DNA of 64,000 nucleotides. It comes from Trichoplax adhaerens (lineage: Eukaryota > Animalia > Placozoa). The notes beneath the pieces were generated by a model. It was not told where the DNA came from. It ran no database searches and saw only the letters and a list, made by a program, of their open reading frames with translations. Where the stretch lies: the NCBI RefSeq assembly GCF_000150275.1, contig NW_002060951.1, positions 865,186-929,185 of the forward strand, written 5' to 3'. The position numbers and the translations under genes are program-made. Shown here in pieces: positions 15,401-27,600 of the stretch. Positions within the stretch are counted from its first letter, which is position 1. The number at the start of each line of letters is the position of its first letter.

Positions 15401-16342
15401 GCTGTTATATGATTCGGCAACATCTGGATGATTGTGATCAAGTGTTGATAATCGAATTTTAAGTGCTTTCTCATGCATAGAATTGGCCTCTTCATACTTG
15501 CCTTGCTCATTAAAGACAATTCCTAAGCTGTTATATGATTTGGCAACATCGGGATGATTGTTATCGAAGACGGAAGTTCGAATTTTAAGTGACTTCTCAT
15601 GCATAGTAATGGCTTCTTCATGTTTACCCTGCTCACTATAGACATTTCCTAGGTTATTATAAGAATTGGCAACATCGAGATGATTATGACCAAGGACTGA
15701 TTTTTGAATTTTAAGTGACTTCTCATACATAGTTATAGCCTCTTCATGCCTTTTTAGCTTCCGAAGCACATTTCCCAGGTTGTAATAAGATATAGCAGTG
15801 TCAGAATTATAGTTACTTAGGGCTGATAATTTAATATGTAGTGATTTCTCATACATCGAATGAGCCTTATCATATTTACTTTTAGCTTCATAAATAGCTC
15901 CTATATTTTCGTATGAATGACTTATGACTAAATCTTTCTCACCAAAACCTTTTAATTTTATATCTAGTGATTTCATATAATAATTCAATGCTCCATTCCA
16001 ATCCCTTTGTGACCGTTTAATTGCGCCTTGTCTATCTAAAGATCGAGCAATGATCATATCTTCTTGTAGCTTTTCACCTACTTCTCCTATTTTTTCATTC
16101 AATCTCTCTGCTTCTACCCAGTCACTTTGTTGTTTATAGATATCGCTCATATGAATATAAATATCACATTGAAGTCGATCAAGATCGACATGACTTCTGG
16201 ATATCGTTTCAATTTTATCCAAGGCTTGTTTGTAGTAAGTTATTGCTTCATTATAGTTGCCCGATTGATCACTCTCTTCACCCCGCTCGTATAGAGATCT
16301 TATTTCTTGAGGGATAACAAACTTGACGGATTGGTTTTCCAT
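12419..16342 (-). CDS. Intronless tetratricopeptide-repeat protein (~1307 aa, roughly 28 repeats of 42 aa, kinesin-light-chain/nephrocystin-3-type TPR)
   Basis: Long ORF with the repeating unit HPDVAxSYNNLGxVYxxQGKYEEAISMYEKSLKIxLSVLGxN. The track's TTG start at 16438 is unlikely: a strong acceptor (TTCTTTCTTCAG) ends near 16353 and is followed by AAC-ATG-G at 16342. Confidence 0.93.
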   Translation of the reverse strand: MENQSVKFVIPQEIRSLYERGEESDQSGNYNEAITYYKQALDKIETISRSHVDLDRLQCDIYIHMSDIYKQQSDWVEAERLNEKIGEVGEKLQEDMIIARSLDRQGAIKRSQRDWNGALNYYMKSLDIKLKGFGEKDLVISHSYENIGAIYEAKSKYDKAHSMYEKSLHIKLSALSNYNSDTAISYYNLGNVLRKLKRHEEAITMYEKSLKIQKSVLGHNHLDVANSYNNLGNVYSEQGKHEEAITMHEKSLKIRTSVFDNNHPDVAKSYNSLGIVFNEQGKYEEANSMHEKALKIRLSTLDHNHPDVAESYNSMGNVFYDQGKIEDAISMYEKSLEIRLLVFGQNHADVAHSLNNIGSVYFNRNQYEEAISTFEKALKIRLSVLGHNHSDVAASYHNMGAVYSNQGKYEKAISQYDKALKIQLSVLGHNHLDVAVSYNSLGSVYSNLGRYDEAISKHEQSLKIRLSVLGSNHIHVAQSYVNIGNEYTNQGKYEEAIIILEKSIEIFLSNLNYFGIAASYFSIGHAYTFHGDYDKAIIAHKKALEIRLSVFGYNHFKVASSHMGIANVHYFQSKYTEALSEYKKALEILLLIFGRNHPDIATIYSNMGNVYSDLKNEEVGISMYKKALEIRLSFFGPKHPVVSQSYNNLATLLSHLGKLDEAISMHEKALEIQLALLDANHSDIASSYYNIGIINKMQDKYEEAISMFEKALKIQLSALGRNHPETAKSYFYVAEAYSKLNKYEEAMLMFKKSLEIQVSVLGPNHPNVSAVYDRIASIYDDQGNYKEALSSYNKALEISISVFGHDDHHVAVVYNNMGSTYSSQGKYEMAISMFEKAHKIKLSVHGENHPDAAGSGSNIATIYYKQGKFEEAISMYKKSLEILLSIYGQNHSEIAGLYNRIGVVYMDQGKYEEAISMYEKSLKILLSVYGHNHCKVATSYNNLAGIYCLQGKHTEAISMFKKSFDISLSKFGFNNPAIALLYNNMAATYADHGKDELAISMLEKSLEIKLSTLDHNHPDIALSYSNMGLMYRHRRQYVKAISMFQKSLEIQLLVYGCNHSNVANSYRQIGDIYNNQKKYKEAISMYEKSLKIQLSVNDDNYPDVAILYFSIGNVYCNQGRYEEAISMYDKSLKIMLLVFGENHPDITDLYDNMGSTYRYQGKYEEALSVYQKSLKIRLLVHDHHHPKVASSYALIGSLYKDQDKYEEAISMYNRSLEIRLLVLDHGHPDIGELYGLIGGVYLDQGRHEEGISMIEKSLVILSTDFEHEHPHIAQLYENQENISIDQSKQEIRSLLEQLRKFTLSQVD

Positions 16343-16883
16343 GTTGTAAAATCTGAAGAAAGAATTCATACGATCGATATCAAACGATACATTAGGTAAA
16401 TATGAAACTAAATTTTGCAACTGATAAATAAGAACCAAACGGAAATGGTAGTTGCTACTGAAGATAACTTCTGCATATGTTATATGAATATTTAGGCTTA
16501 ATTTTCAATAGAAGCTACAACAATATTATAAGAATTTATTCGTATGTTTTCTACAATATTTATTAAAATAGTGTCTTATTGCAAAGTTGTTATTCTGATT
16601 AATAAATTTTGATGTATAAATATTAATGATTACCGTAATTCATCCATGGCCGCATTCATCAAGTGTTAAAGTATAACTAATAGAACATGATGTTGAAATT
16701 AAGCTATTCAGTAGGAAATTTAATAAGGGGATTTCAAAATATTGTAACTGGAACTTTGTATATATCATTATTTTGTTGATAATATCATGATTACTAAATC
16801 ATAATATGATTCGTTATTCATTTTCATAGTTAAACTAAAAGTATTATCAACTACTGTACGACACTCATAAAGCTGCTATAATT

Positions 16884-16897
16884 CCCCCCCCCCCCCC
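16884..16897. repeat. C14 homopolymer (G14 on the minus strand) upstream of the TPR gene
   Basis: 14 consecutive C in an AT-rich background. Confidence 0.9.
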
Positions 16898-18671
16898 AAA
16901 TGAAGGTATCGCCTTTTAAATAGTCCCTGAAATTCTTATCATCTACGCATGTAGCGTCGTTGAAGATTAACTGATTACTAATTCTTATTTCATCGTTTCT
17001 CCAGTAGAGTACTACCCACTATAGGGCGGCAGCTATCCGAGAGAGATAGTTATAACTTTTTTGAGATATAAAGATAAGAAACGGAATCTACGCGTTCTCA
17101 ATTGGAAGAATTGATTTTATGAGAATTCTAGCACTATCTAGTAAATTCACCTTAGATCACCGCAAGGTATTGTATGTGTTAATTAATACTATGAAACTTT
17201 TTAATCTTTCACTAATCACTAATGCGCTAACACCTCTTATTAGTAATCGCTATATGCACAACTTACTTTCGAAAGAAAGAATTGTTTACTTCATAAAACT
17301 AGGCATCTAAAACTCATTATAACATAAGTCATTTATAGAATGCGCTTTGAATTGATTTTTATTTTACACGTATAAAATCGAATAGGTATCAAAGGATAAT
17401 TAAGCACTTAATGTAAAGTACTACTGTAATTAAACCTATCTTAAGTAAGCTTTAATCGGGTAAATCTCGGAAAACACTAATTTAGATCTGTTTAAGTGCG
17501 ATACAATGGAGGATTGTAATTGGGTATATTTAGACGGAAGCTGACTCATTGAATTTCAATCCATACCAATCAACTTTATAAAAATTAAAAATGTAACCGC
17601 TAGTGCTCTCTTAAAGTACAGTAACAACTTATTAAAGAAAGCTAAAGGTAAAGCACTAAAAGGAGTGATATTGAGAAAGATTTATTCTGGCAGAATTCAT
17701 ACTGTCAGTATAAATCGAACAACCGTTGGAAAAATAAAAGTTTAACATTTACTTACGATTAAGTAGATTTTTCTTTTAAGTTCTAGTTCTACGCCTATAA
17801 CCGAAGAGCTCTATAATTTTCTAAAATGAATCACCTTTAATAGGTTTAAGAAAGCTCCAGGTGGCATACAAGAATAAATATTTATCAACCTTTGCATTCC
17901 AGAAGAATCTGCTCATCAAAATAACTAATTACGCAAAGTTCAGATTACAAAAGGCTTCAAATTCCCTTAAAAAATACTGTACGTGTAATATTAAGTAATT
18001 TTTTTATCTTATCTTTCTTATAATATAAGATGTAAATAAAGCTGAATATCTGTCCAGATTCATGGACTACTAACAGAGAAAAATATTTTTCTCTCTTAGT
18101 TTTCATTACTACAGGCAACTTACTGTCAAGGTAGGTACTGAATCATACACCTTAAAGTTTTAACTGAGATCTAGAGTAACGCGTAATTAAAAATCATGCA
18201 GTTTAGAGCAGCAATACGCAACTTCTCCATTTTAATATTTATAGCCTCAATCAATTGGCAGACGGACAAAAGGTAGCCTCGATATGACATCTTTTTATTT
18301 CACCCTAGCCAATAACTCTTAGAGATTTATTTTATATCGTCGCGGTGACAGAGTTCTAAATATTCTCTGTCATTGACGGTAAAATATCTATAAAGATTTA
18401 CAAATTGATTTCACACAGAGTTCCTGTAAAAACAATTATCTAAATCATAATTATTAAATAAAATAGTAACCCATGCTTGACAGCTGTGGTACTATAAAAA
18501 CGCCTCCATTATCCTATCACTCAATAAATGCTATAATTTACTATATGCATATATTGCCCCACTGTAGGCATGCTACAACAAAGATAAATGTATAGGATAA
18601 ATTTAGAATTGGATTGATCAAAACGAAATATCATGTAATCAAAAAAATATTGAGAATGATGAATGACATTA

Positions 18672-21600
18672 CTAAAATGTTGTCCACATTTCTGTTGCAG
18701 CTTCACTTTCTATCCTGTCTTGTAGATCAGGCGCCATGTTAGGGAAGAAATTAATTCCAGTCAATTCTTCAATATCGCGAACGCTAGCCACATGGCTAAA
18801 TAAGTAGGAATTATAGGTCTGTTAAGAGTAGAAGAAATAAATATTAATAAAAATAGGATTAATAGAATCAAAAACCTCTCTGTTTTATATTTCATTTTTG
18901 ACATATCGTATATAAAGTGATGAGGGATTACAATATGTTTATGTTCAATTGCCATTCTCTACCTGGCATTGAGGAGCAAATGATTTAATATGTGGTAAAA
19001 TAAATGCTATAACATCAATTTTTCCCTTGCAAGGCTTAGCAGTCATAACTGAAGAGTCGCAAAGTAATTGATCAGAATCTTGACATTTAGCTAAAATTTT
19101 ATAAAAATGGGTTGGAATGACCACGGAGCCAATATCTCCTTTAAGCCAACTGACAAAGAAAGTAGTATGAAGTAGGATAAAACAAGGAACAATTTTCGCC
19201 ATCATTTGATATTTAGTTATAGAGAATGCACTCTAAGTATACTAGATTTTCAGAAATTATTATTTAACTTACTACGATGGATTACCCACGACAGTTTTCC
19301 AGTCAGCTTTGACAATTGAGCCTGAAATGACATAAATACTTCCAAATAGCCGAGCCCAATCGCGAGTTAATTTTTCCAAATCAAGCCAAGGTCCTTGATT
19401 GATTATGAGATAAAATTAGAAATTTCCTATGTTATCTTTAGGTATCTTTACAAATTATCTGATTGTTAGAGAAATTGTTTAGCTATTTGATATTCAATCA
19501 GCTTGTGAACGGTCAAGAAACATTCCCATTATTTGAATGAACTCAGACTAGCGTTTACCTGCATTAAAGGCGTAGACTTGTGGAGCAATATTGGATAGAA
19601 TAAACGTATTCGCTTGCGCTTCTAAATCAAAACTCATATCACCTGAGCATATAATCAAGGAATTATTTTAGATATCGTTAATTATTAATACAAGTTTCAT
19701 CAGATCGTTGTGTATTGGAACTAAAAATGACTAGAAGCCAACTATTTGCTACCATTAGGTGCTAAATGCCCACGATTATAACCAGATCGATAGTAATTAG
19801 AACAATTAGATGTTTGGGCAGCAACATTTAGCCTACTATCACGTCGAAAACAGTCTATTCTTGATAGTGGCCTTAATGATTCCTATAAGAATTTAATTCC
19901 GAGATAGAATTTTAAGTTACAATATTTTTTCCATTAATTAGGTCATTATTGGACATCGACCATTAACAAACTTACTGTATCAGTTAAATGATAGCCAACA
20001 AATAACGGTACATGAAAGGTATTGCTGTATCCAGTTATATAATGATTCTGGTATAGAGTACAAGTATCCAATGATGCTCGATATCTGGGTATTCCCCACG
20101 GAAAGTTGCGATTCTCAGACTCTTTCTCTGTTGTAATATATTTCGTTATATATAAAGTTAATCATAGAAATAGAGTATGACCTCTGCAGTTATGAAAATG
20201 ATAATCTATGGATTATTTCAGTTTTAGACCTTGTTGTTGTGTCATTCTGAGAGCTTGATTAAAGATGGTGAGATTTACCGAACTCTTAAATTTTTAAATA
20301 GATAAAAGCCTTCGCTCAACGATATTAGGTATGGCTAATCTGTTACCGAGCTGAAAAACTTTTATTTGTTTTCCATCTTTAATGAAAAATATTACGTGAA
20401 CGTACAAGATTCCTTAACTATTTTTTAGTTACAATCCTACAAGATCTACCTTACAATCTGGACAAACACAATCAGAACAATTTTCTCTATCGATATAAAC
20501 GTTATGATCTTGTGGTACTCGACAGACTGACCCCAACTGACCAGCAATCTGGGTAGCTGCAGCCGTAGAATTTTGCAAAATGAAATTCAGTCTTCCTATA
20601 GTGCCATCATTTTTAGCTGGTTTAATCGATAAGAGAGCTATACAAGGCCAGAAAGAAAATTAGTAAAAATTAAGCTCTTGTTAAGTACCTATTTCTTAGA
20701 ATGAATTAGAAATCGACTTTGACACATTAGCGAATAGCGTTAGTAAATTATTTAGTCTTAGGGCTTTACTAAGATCAAACTGAATATTTTATACATTATC
20801 TGCCGTGTTATTACAGAAAATTTAAATTGAGAACTTTGTGGCTAATTGCCGTCACTGTAAGGTATAACTGTACATCCCACATACTTCAAAACTAAAAATT
20901 CTATTTCTATACTTTACTAGATATGCAAGAATTATGTCTATTAATCCTGGTGTACGGTAAGCCATGAACGTCAAAAAATGGAGCAAAGGCATCATGTCAG
21001 TGATTTATCTCTAAGATATTGCATAAAATTAAGATTTGATTATGATCTGCATAGCTAAAAGTTGTCACAACATCATAAAGGAAAGTTTTGCAAAAATTAT
21101 TACATGATTATCCAAAAAGGTGCATAGACTGGATCAAGTGACTAAGTCATCCATTACCTGCCATGATATTGTATAGTTCAATGTTTTTAAACGGTTTAAT
21201 TGTGAGTGATTTTTTAAATCCAGGGCCAGCAGCGAAAAAGATAGTTCTCATATCAGGGTCTAAATTGTCCCAGCCATGATTAGCGCCATTGCAGGATGTA
21301 TCTGCTGGGTTATATCTAGAATTGTTCAATCAGAAAGCAGATTTAGAATTATCGGATAGGCTATTTTCAAATTTAGTAACACGGTAATGTCGAAAAGTAT
21401 TTCTGTACTACATTTAGATTGTACTGTAACTATAATCTACTCATAATATAGACATTTTATATTGCTCTTAAATATGGATACCTTTATAGTCTGTTTGTAC
21501 CATATTCAAATATGGCTCGCTGTGTTTAGTTATTTATAGTATTTACAGTCTTCACTATTTTCTACTACCATTTGCTATTACATAGTCTGTTACGATGCAT

Positions 21601-24600
21601 GTTGTATTCCATTTTGCAATCTTGTTCTCTACTCGTGTTTTATCTCAGAAGCTATAAGAAGCGCCGATTTCTACCTTAGAAATCATCAGTTGCACTAGTC
21701 GCAGTAGTAGTACTTCCTAACGTCACTTCATGGCAGCCTACACGTTGATCTACCGTAACTAGCGCATTTTAGCTCCACTACTATCTAAACATAGTATCCA
21801 CTTTTATTAAAATTCATTGCTTAATTTATGTAAATGACTAATAAGTCCGTGGCCGCTGACTCTTCGAACCCTCCATCACAATTTATATTTTACATCCCTC
21901 TAACAATAAATTACTTAAAAATAAGCCCAGATATTCCTAGATTTAGTCTCCCTACTGATATTAATAGGGCGAAATAGAAAATAAAGTATAGCTAAATTAA
22001 AATCCTTTTCCGTATTTAGTACTATCGATTCTTTTTCCAAAATATTAGCAAAGGATCCGTCTATTAAAACAATAGGATTTGGTTAAAGTAAGGTAAGGAG
22101 AGCTTAATCAATTATTTACTAAAGATATTTCACGGATTTAGCTTAATTTTCTACGCTGCATTATGCGCAAATATTTGAGAGATAAATCACCAAATCAATC
22201 AACTGATGATGCCGGTTAATTTAAATTTCAATACAATTAGTAAATATCAACGATCAGATGGAGCGATTCCCTTTCTTAGAATAAATAGGGTACGGTAATC
22301 CTGAGTAAAGGTACTTCGTTGATTTAGCTTAACTTTCTACACACTTTAATCATGATGCTATAGGTATAATCATCCACCTAAATCTATTACAACAGGTAAC
22401 AGTTACTTCATATTTCCATAATAAAATACTAGCGTTACCAATAGCGAAACAGGTGCAAGATGATATTGTAACGGTAATATTAAATTGTCTCTAGTTGTGT
22501 GGAACATGGTGTCAGTTCCGCATATGTTAGCGCTATATATATGTTATTGATTATCTATTGGTGGGAATCGAAAGATGTAGCGGTGTTAATGGGCCTCTTG
22601 GCGAGAAGTGCAGGTGGAAGTCCTAGAAGATTGACTATTGGTCGAGGAGCTGAGAAACAAGGTTCGAGGCGATATAAACAAGACGCGGACCATGTTAAAG
22701 GGCTTCTATACTGTAGCCGTTACGATATACTATTTTGTATAGGGAAAATTGTGATAGAGTTTTGATGTAAATATTTACATCAAAGATAGATATATAAGGA
22801 GGCTAATATAATTGTAGAAGTAGATAGATTCATTCATAGGTTAGCTTGAAGAAGACATAGTAGTTATTCTTTTGATATTATATCCGTAGTTTTTAATGCC
22901 TGTATTTTAACATCGTAATAAACTTTTTATATGATATATAATTTCTTACTTAGATTAGCTAGCTGAAATAAGATTACTTACGTTGACCCTACCAGCCAGT
23001 TTTCATTTGGCATAATAATTACATCTGGAATACGGCTATACAAATGAAGAGTATACCATATACAAGCTCATTGTCTTTATATCCAGTTGGGCATATCAAA
23101 ATCTCAACTGCATCATGTGTTATACTCTCTTTACCTGTTGTTACAATAATGAAGTCGATAGGGTAATTCTTCTTTCTTATATACGCTCCAATGTTTGAAT
23201 TTGCACTAATTTCACAAAATAGGTTGATCTACTTTATTTTCATTTCTACTTTAGAATTGTTGGATATACCAAATATTTTTGCTTACTTTTAATTTCTGTA
23301 CAAGCTCCGTAGCGTTTCCTATCATTATGAGACAGTCAAATCTTCACTCAGAAAGTATAGGCTAATCGTGATAGTTATTTCATGGCTATCTATTCCATTG
23401 ACGCTATTTAATTCTTCATCAATTTTACCTCCATGAATTCGAATACCACCAAATGGTCCACGATTAATAATGTTATAATGACCGATGTCGATTAACTGAA
23501 AGAAACATCATACTATTGTAAGTAGACAGTGTGCAGCAATATTTGACTCAACAAAGCAGGATTCTATCATTGTTAACTTACTTGGTCGAGATAGACCACC
23601 CTTTTGCAGCATGTTTTTCTCATTCCTTGTCAAAGATAATAGGACAAATTCAAATATCTTTAATTTAGTCATTAGCATTTTTGCTTTATTGCTATCAAAA
23701 AGGAATTAGGGTCTGTACAATCGCGAATGAAAAATGTTAGCGAGCTAAGTAGCTTTGAATATATCAATTAATTTCCTATAATCAAGAAAGCATATTTCGT
23801 AGGATATTACAGGTATCTATAAATGTAACTAATATAACTCAAGTTACAGTATTAAGCATTCTACATTTGTACAGCATACAGTACACGGTATAAAGTTACT
23901 GAACCTCTGACAGGTCTATCAAATGGTAATACTATCTGTTAAATGAGCACATTATCGTAAACCGTCAGCAAAGCGACGAGAGTTTGTACTAGTATAACCG
24001 ATACTAACCATGATCTGATGTCACGATAATATTGACGCAATCCTCTAATCCTCTTTCCTTTAATCCTGAAAATATAGCTCCAAGAATATCATCTACTCTT
24101 TTAATTTCATAATCAACCTAAAAATCAATAGTAACTTCATCAGTATTCACGCGCAATATATCCGGCTGAGAATAGAATATTTGCTATCTACCTGATTAGA
24201 ATCTGGACCATAAAGATGCCCTACACGATCTGGCTGGTCAAAGTACATGGTAATGATCATAGGCCTACGAGCATAAATAATTACCATACGTTATTATTAA
24301 AGCCATAGACGAATCGTCATTAACTGCCATTTTAGTACGTAATTGGAGCAGTTTTATACAATCTGGAAATGATTGCAATTTCAATTGTTAAACTTTCCTT
24401 GCTATTCGCTATTTTGATGTTGTGGTACTTATTTTTGAACGTGAGATATCGCATACTCGTATATGCGTATAAGCAAACTTTGGATGATCGTAATTTTACT
24501 ATGTACCATAGATTCTGCATGTAGCATTTGTATAAATGTGAGCTAAACTACTGTTGATAACGATATTTAGCTATATAGTGTTAACAGTATAGAATAATTA

Positions 24601-27600
24601 GGCTAAATGTGCAGTTATTTGGAGAACAGTGATGTAAATTGGATGATTATGGGTATTATTTGCACTCTTAACTTTACAATGTAAAATGTCGATTTATAGC
24701 TTTAATGAAGCAGGTATAAGTTACCTTCGATCTGCTGGCATTTCGAGCCATTTAAATAACTGATTTACACGATCTATAAAAGAAACGCTCCTAAACAGAA
24801 ATTAAAATCATCACATACTCATTAACTTATGGGAAGTTCTAGAAATTAGACGATTGCGTTGCTCACAATCAATCGATCAGGATCAGATTATTTGCTACTG
24901 ACATGAATAGCCATTTATGTCCAAAGGCTGATAACAATGAGATGAATAATCTTACCTGTCATAGGGAAACCAGTAATCTGGTCGATAACCTATATTAGAA
25001 TATGCCGTGACGAATATTGTAATATTATATAATATTGGAAAAGAAATTTGTATTTCGCCTACTTTACAGGAGCAAATAATGTCAAGAAATTACTTTAGAG
25101 CTTATTACCTTGGATTTTCGCTTCTGAACCTGCCCAATAAAAACTGGCTGATTTTAGATTATTCTTTTTAGCCGTTACCCAAATCTAGAAAAACGATATT
25201 AGCATACTTAAAATTGCCTATCAGGCACTTTAATGCTCTCTACGTAGATACATCGATGATAAACTAATCATTCGAAACATATTTCAGCCTCAAAAATGAA
25301 GACAAAGCTATATGAACAAGGAGCTTTAAAATACAGAAGGATGAAAAATTACGATACATGTCTATATATTTTGCAGACATTCTTGTTATGACAATCAAGA
25401 TACTTTGCAAGTTAAAAGACTTACTGGTTCACCTCCCCACCATTTGGATTGATTGTTATTTCTACTACCGATATAAAATGTTTCGCCTAGTTCCGGATCG
25501 TAAAATGTATTAGCAACGATGCCATGATGTGCAGGATAGAGGCCCTATATCGCAAATAATCAATAATACCCCTAAGTAAGGTCAAGCAATAATTCTATTT
25601 ATATTTTACAGCATCAGAGCTTACTGTAACAATAGTATAATGATTTGGGAATGTTTTAGTTGGAAAGCAGGACTGCATATATTCCGCTCGGACACCTCGG
25701 CTGGCTAAAATAAAGTGAAATGATTAAGAAAGATAAATTGCAACGAAGTACATTCTAACTGTACAGGTGTCAAAGTTATCTTTAATCCTATAGATAAAAA
25801 ATATAATGTTAGCAATATAGAATAAACTGCAATAACTGGTCAACTATGAATCGAAGCTGATTGCTTAAGACTATTAGACAAGTAATGAGGCTATGCTTGA
25901 TATTTTGGACTGCTAACCCGACAACAAGCAATCAGCTAAATTTATCATACTGTCNNNNNNNNNNNNNNNNNNNNNNNNNNNNNNNNNNNNNNNNNNNNNN
26001 NNNNATCGTCTATCGTCAAATTTGAACCATTTGTGACTATAAATACTGCTATAGATCAATCATATGTCTAAGATTTTCAATTTTATATATGTACAGTACA
26101 GTATGCTAAATCAGTTTTCGTAACTTACCAAACTGCGTCAGCATGGGAGAAAGTCCTCGTTTAAAATAATCCCAGCGAAATCCATCAACGGAAACCACAA
26201 TCAAAGGTTTCCTTTTAGCGCTATCGATTTTGTTAGATGAAAAATTGTAGTTCATATCGTTTGATTAGAGCACATAGAAATGGGTAAATCGGAACTGACT
26301 AGTAAAAGATTTTGTAAACGTCTGACAATATCGTAGAAGGAAAATGGGCAGTAGCTTAAGATAGTATCTACCTGCAAATTGAAGCATCTATGGAAGGTGG
26401 ACCACTATTAACAGGTATCGTAGAGCGTGGAGGAGATGCTGTGAATTGATTACTACTATTGTTATTACTATTATTATTGCCTTGATTACTTTGGTCAAAG
26501 CCTAGAAAGAGTAATGTTCTTAATAAGAGGCCAACGATAATCATTCAGCTAGACCATAGTATTATAAAAGCTCAAGCATCTACAGTAACTGATCTAATTC
26601 CTAACCTTTATCACTTGAAAACCAACCAATAACAAAGCCTCCAGTAAATGCCAATAACAGGGCGAGAGCGCTTAAAACCTAAGCAGGAAACAAATTTGAT
26701 GTCCGTTTAGTAACATTGATTTTATGCTATTGGCAATAATGCATTTAAAATCACATCTAAAAATATCAGGTGGACTATACGATCTACATTATTTGCATGA
26801 TGAATTCAGGAAAAGTTTTGTCATAGGACATGAGATAGCTTAATTACTGCTATGATGGTTTCGTTGATCTTCAGACCAGTTCAGTCAAGCACCAATATTA
26901 GAACAGTCATAAAATAAAAATGAGATCGACTTTGCTAAGATTCATTCCAGCTTTTGAGACAATCAACTGTCATTAATCACTAGAAACCTCTATTAATTCA
27001 TTATGCAACAGTTTAATTGTTGCTATTAGGATAAAGTTAACCTTTTAAGTTATTTAATCGGTTAAAACTGGAATGGCCATAAATGAGGCAGATTGCTGAA
27101 ACTTTTTCGAATTTCTTAATCACTAACTGCTGGATTATTAATAGCTCATTTAATGCAGCATGTGTTAGCTTAATTGCTGCTACGATGGCGATGTCAGGAA
27201 TGTAATCGCTTATAGTGCCAATGGAGAATAATTTAACAAGCAAATTAAATCAGTTTGATTATACGATGTATTTCTGATAGTAAAAAAGTAATCAATACTA
27301 ACTTATCCTCTTGAGAAATCTTATAACGCAGCAGAAAGGTACCGTACTATAATTTAAATGCTGTTCTGGCGATATTAAATTCTTAGCTAACGCAATCCAC
27401 TGCCGGTACCAATAATAAATTAATGTTCGTAGGTCAAAAGTTTGGTTTGATGTTAAAACAAATCTTGAAACTGTCAAAAGTTACACAGATACAGCAACCC
27501 ATCTAAAGCAACAAATGTTAGTTCCATGACTGTCATGATAATACTCTTAATTTTCTATTTCTGTTGGTTTAATTATTAACTGATGCTAATATCAATTGAA

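Noticed and set aside
14848-15519. Alternative-frame ORFs (139 aa, 79 aa) within the TPR gene
   Set aside because: Shadow frames produced by the 126-nt repeat periodicity; no independent evidence of coding.
12419-15900. Regular 126-bp periodicity as a possible CRISPR or satellite array
   Set aside because: The repeats are in-frame coding TPR units with synonymous variation, not repeat-spacer structure.
16343-16438. N-terminal extension of the TPR ORF from a TTG start
   Set aside because: Non-ATG start, and the region contains a strong splice acceptor just before a well-placed ATG; probably intron or UTR.
22499-22765. 88-aa plus-strand ORF
   Set aside because: GTG start, no recognisable domain, lies in an intron and largely coincides with the candidate LTR-like insertion.
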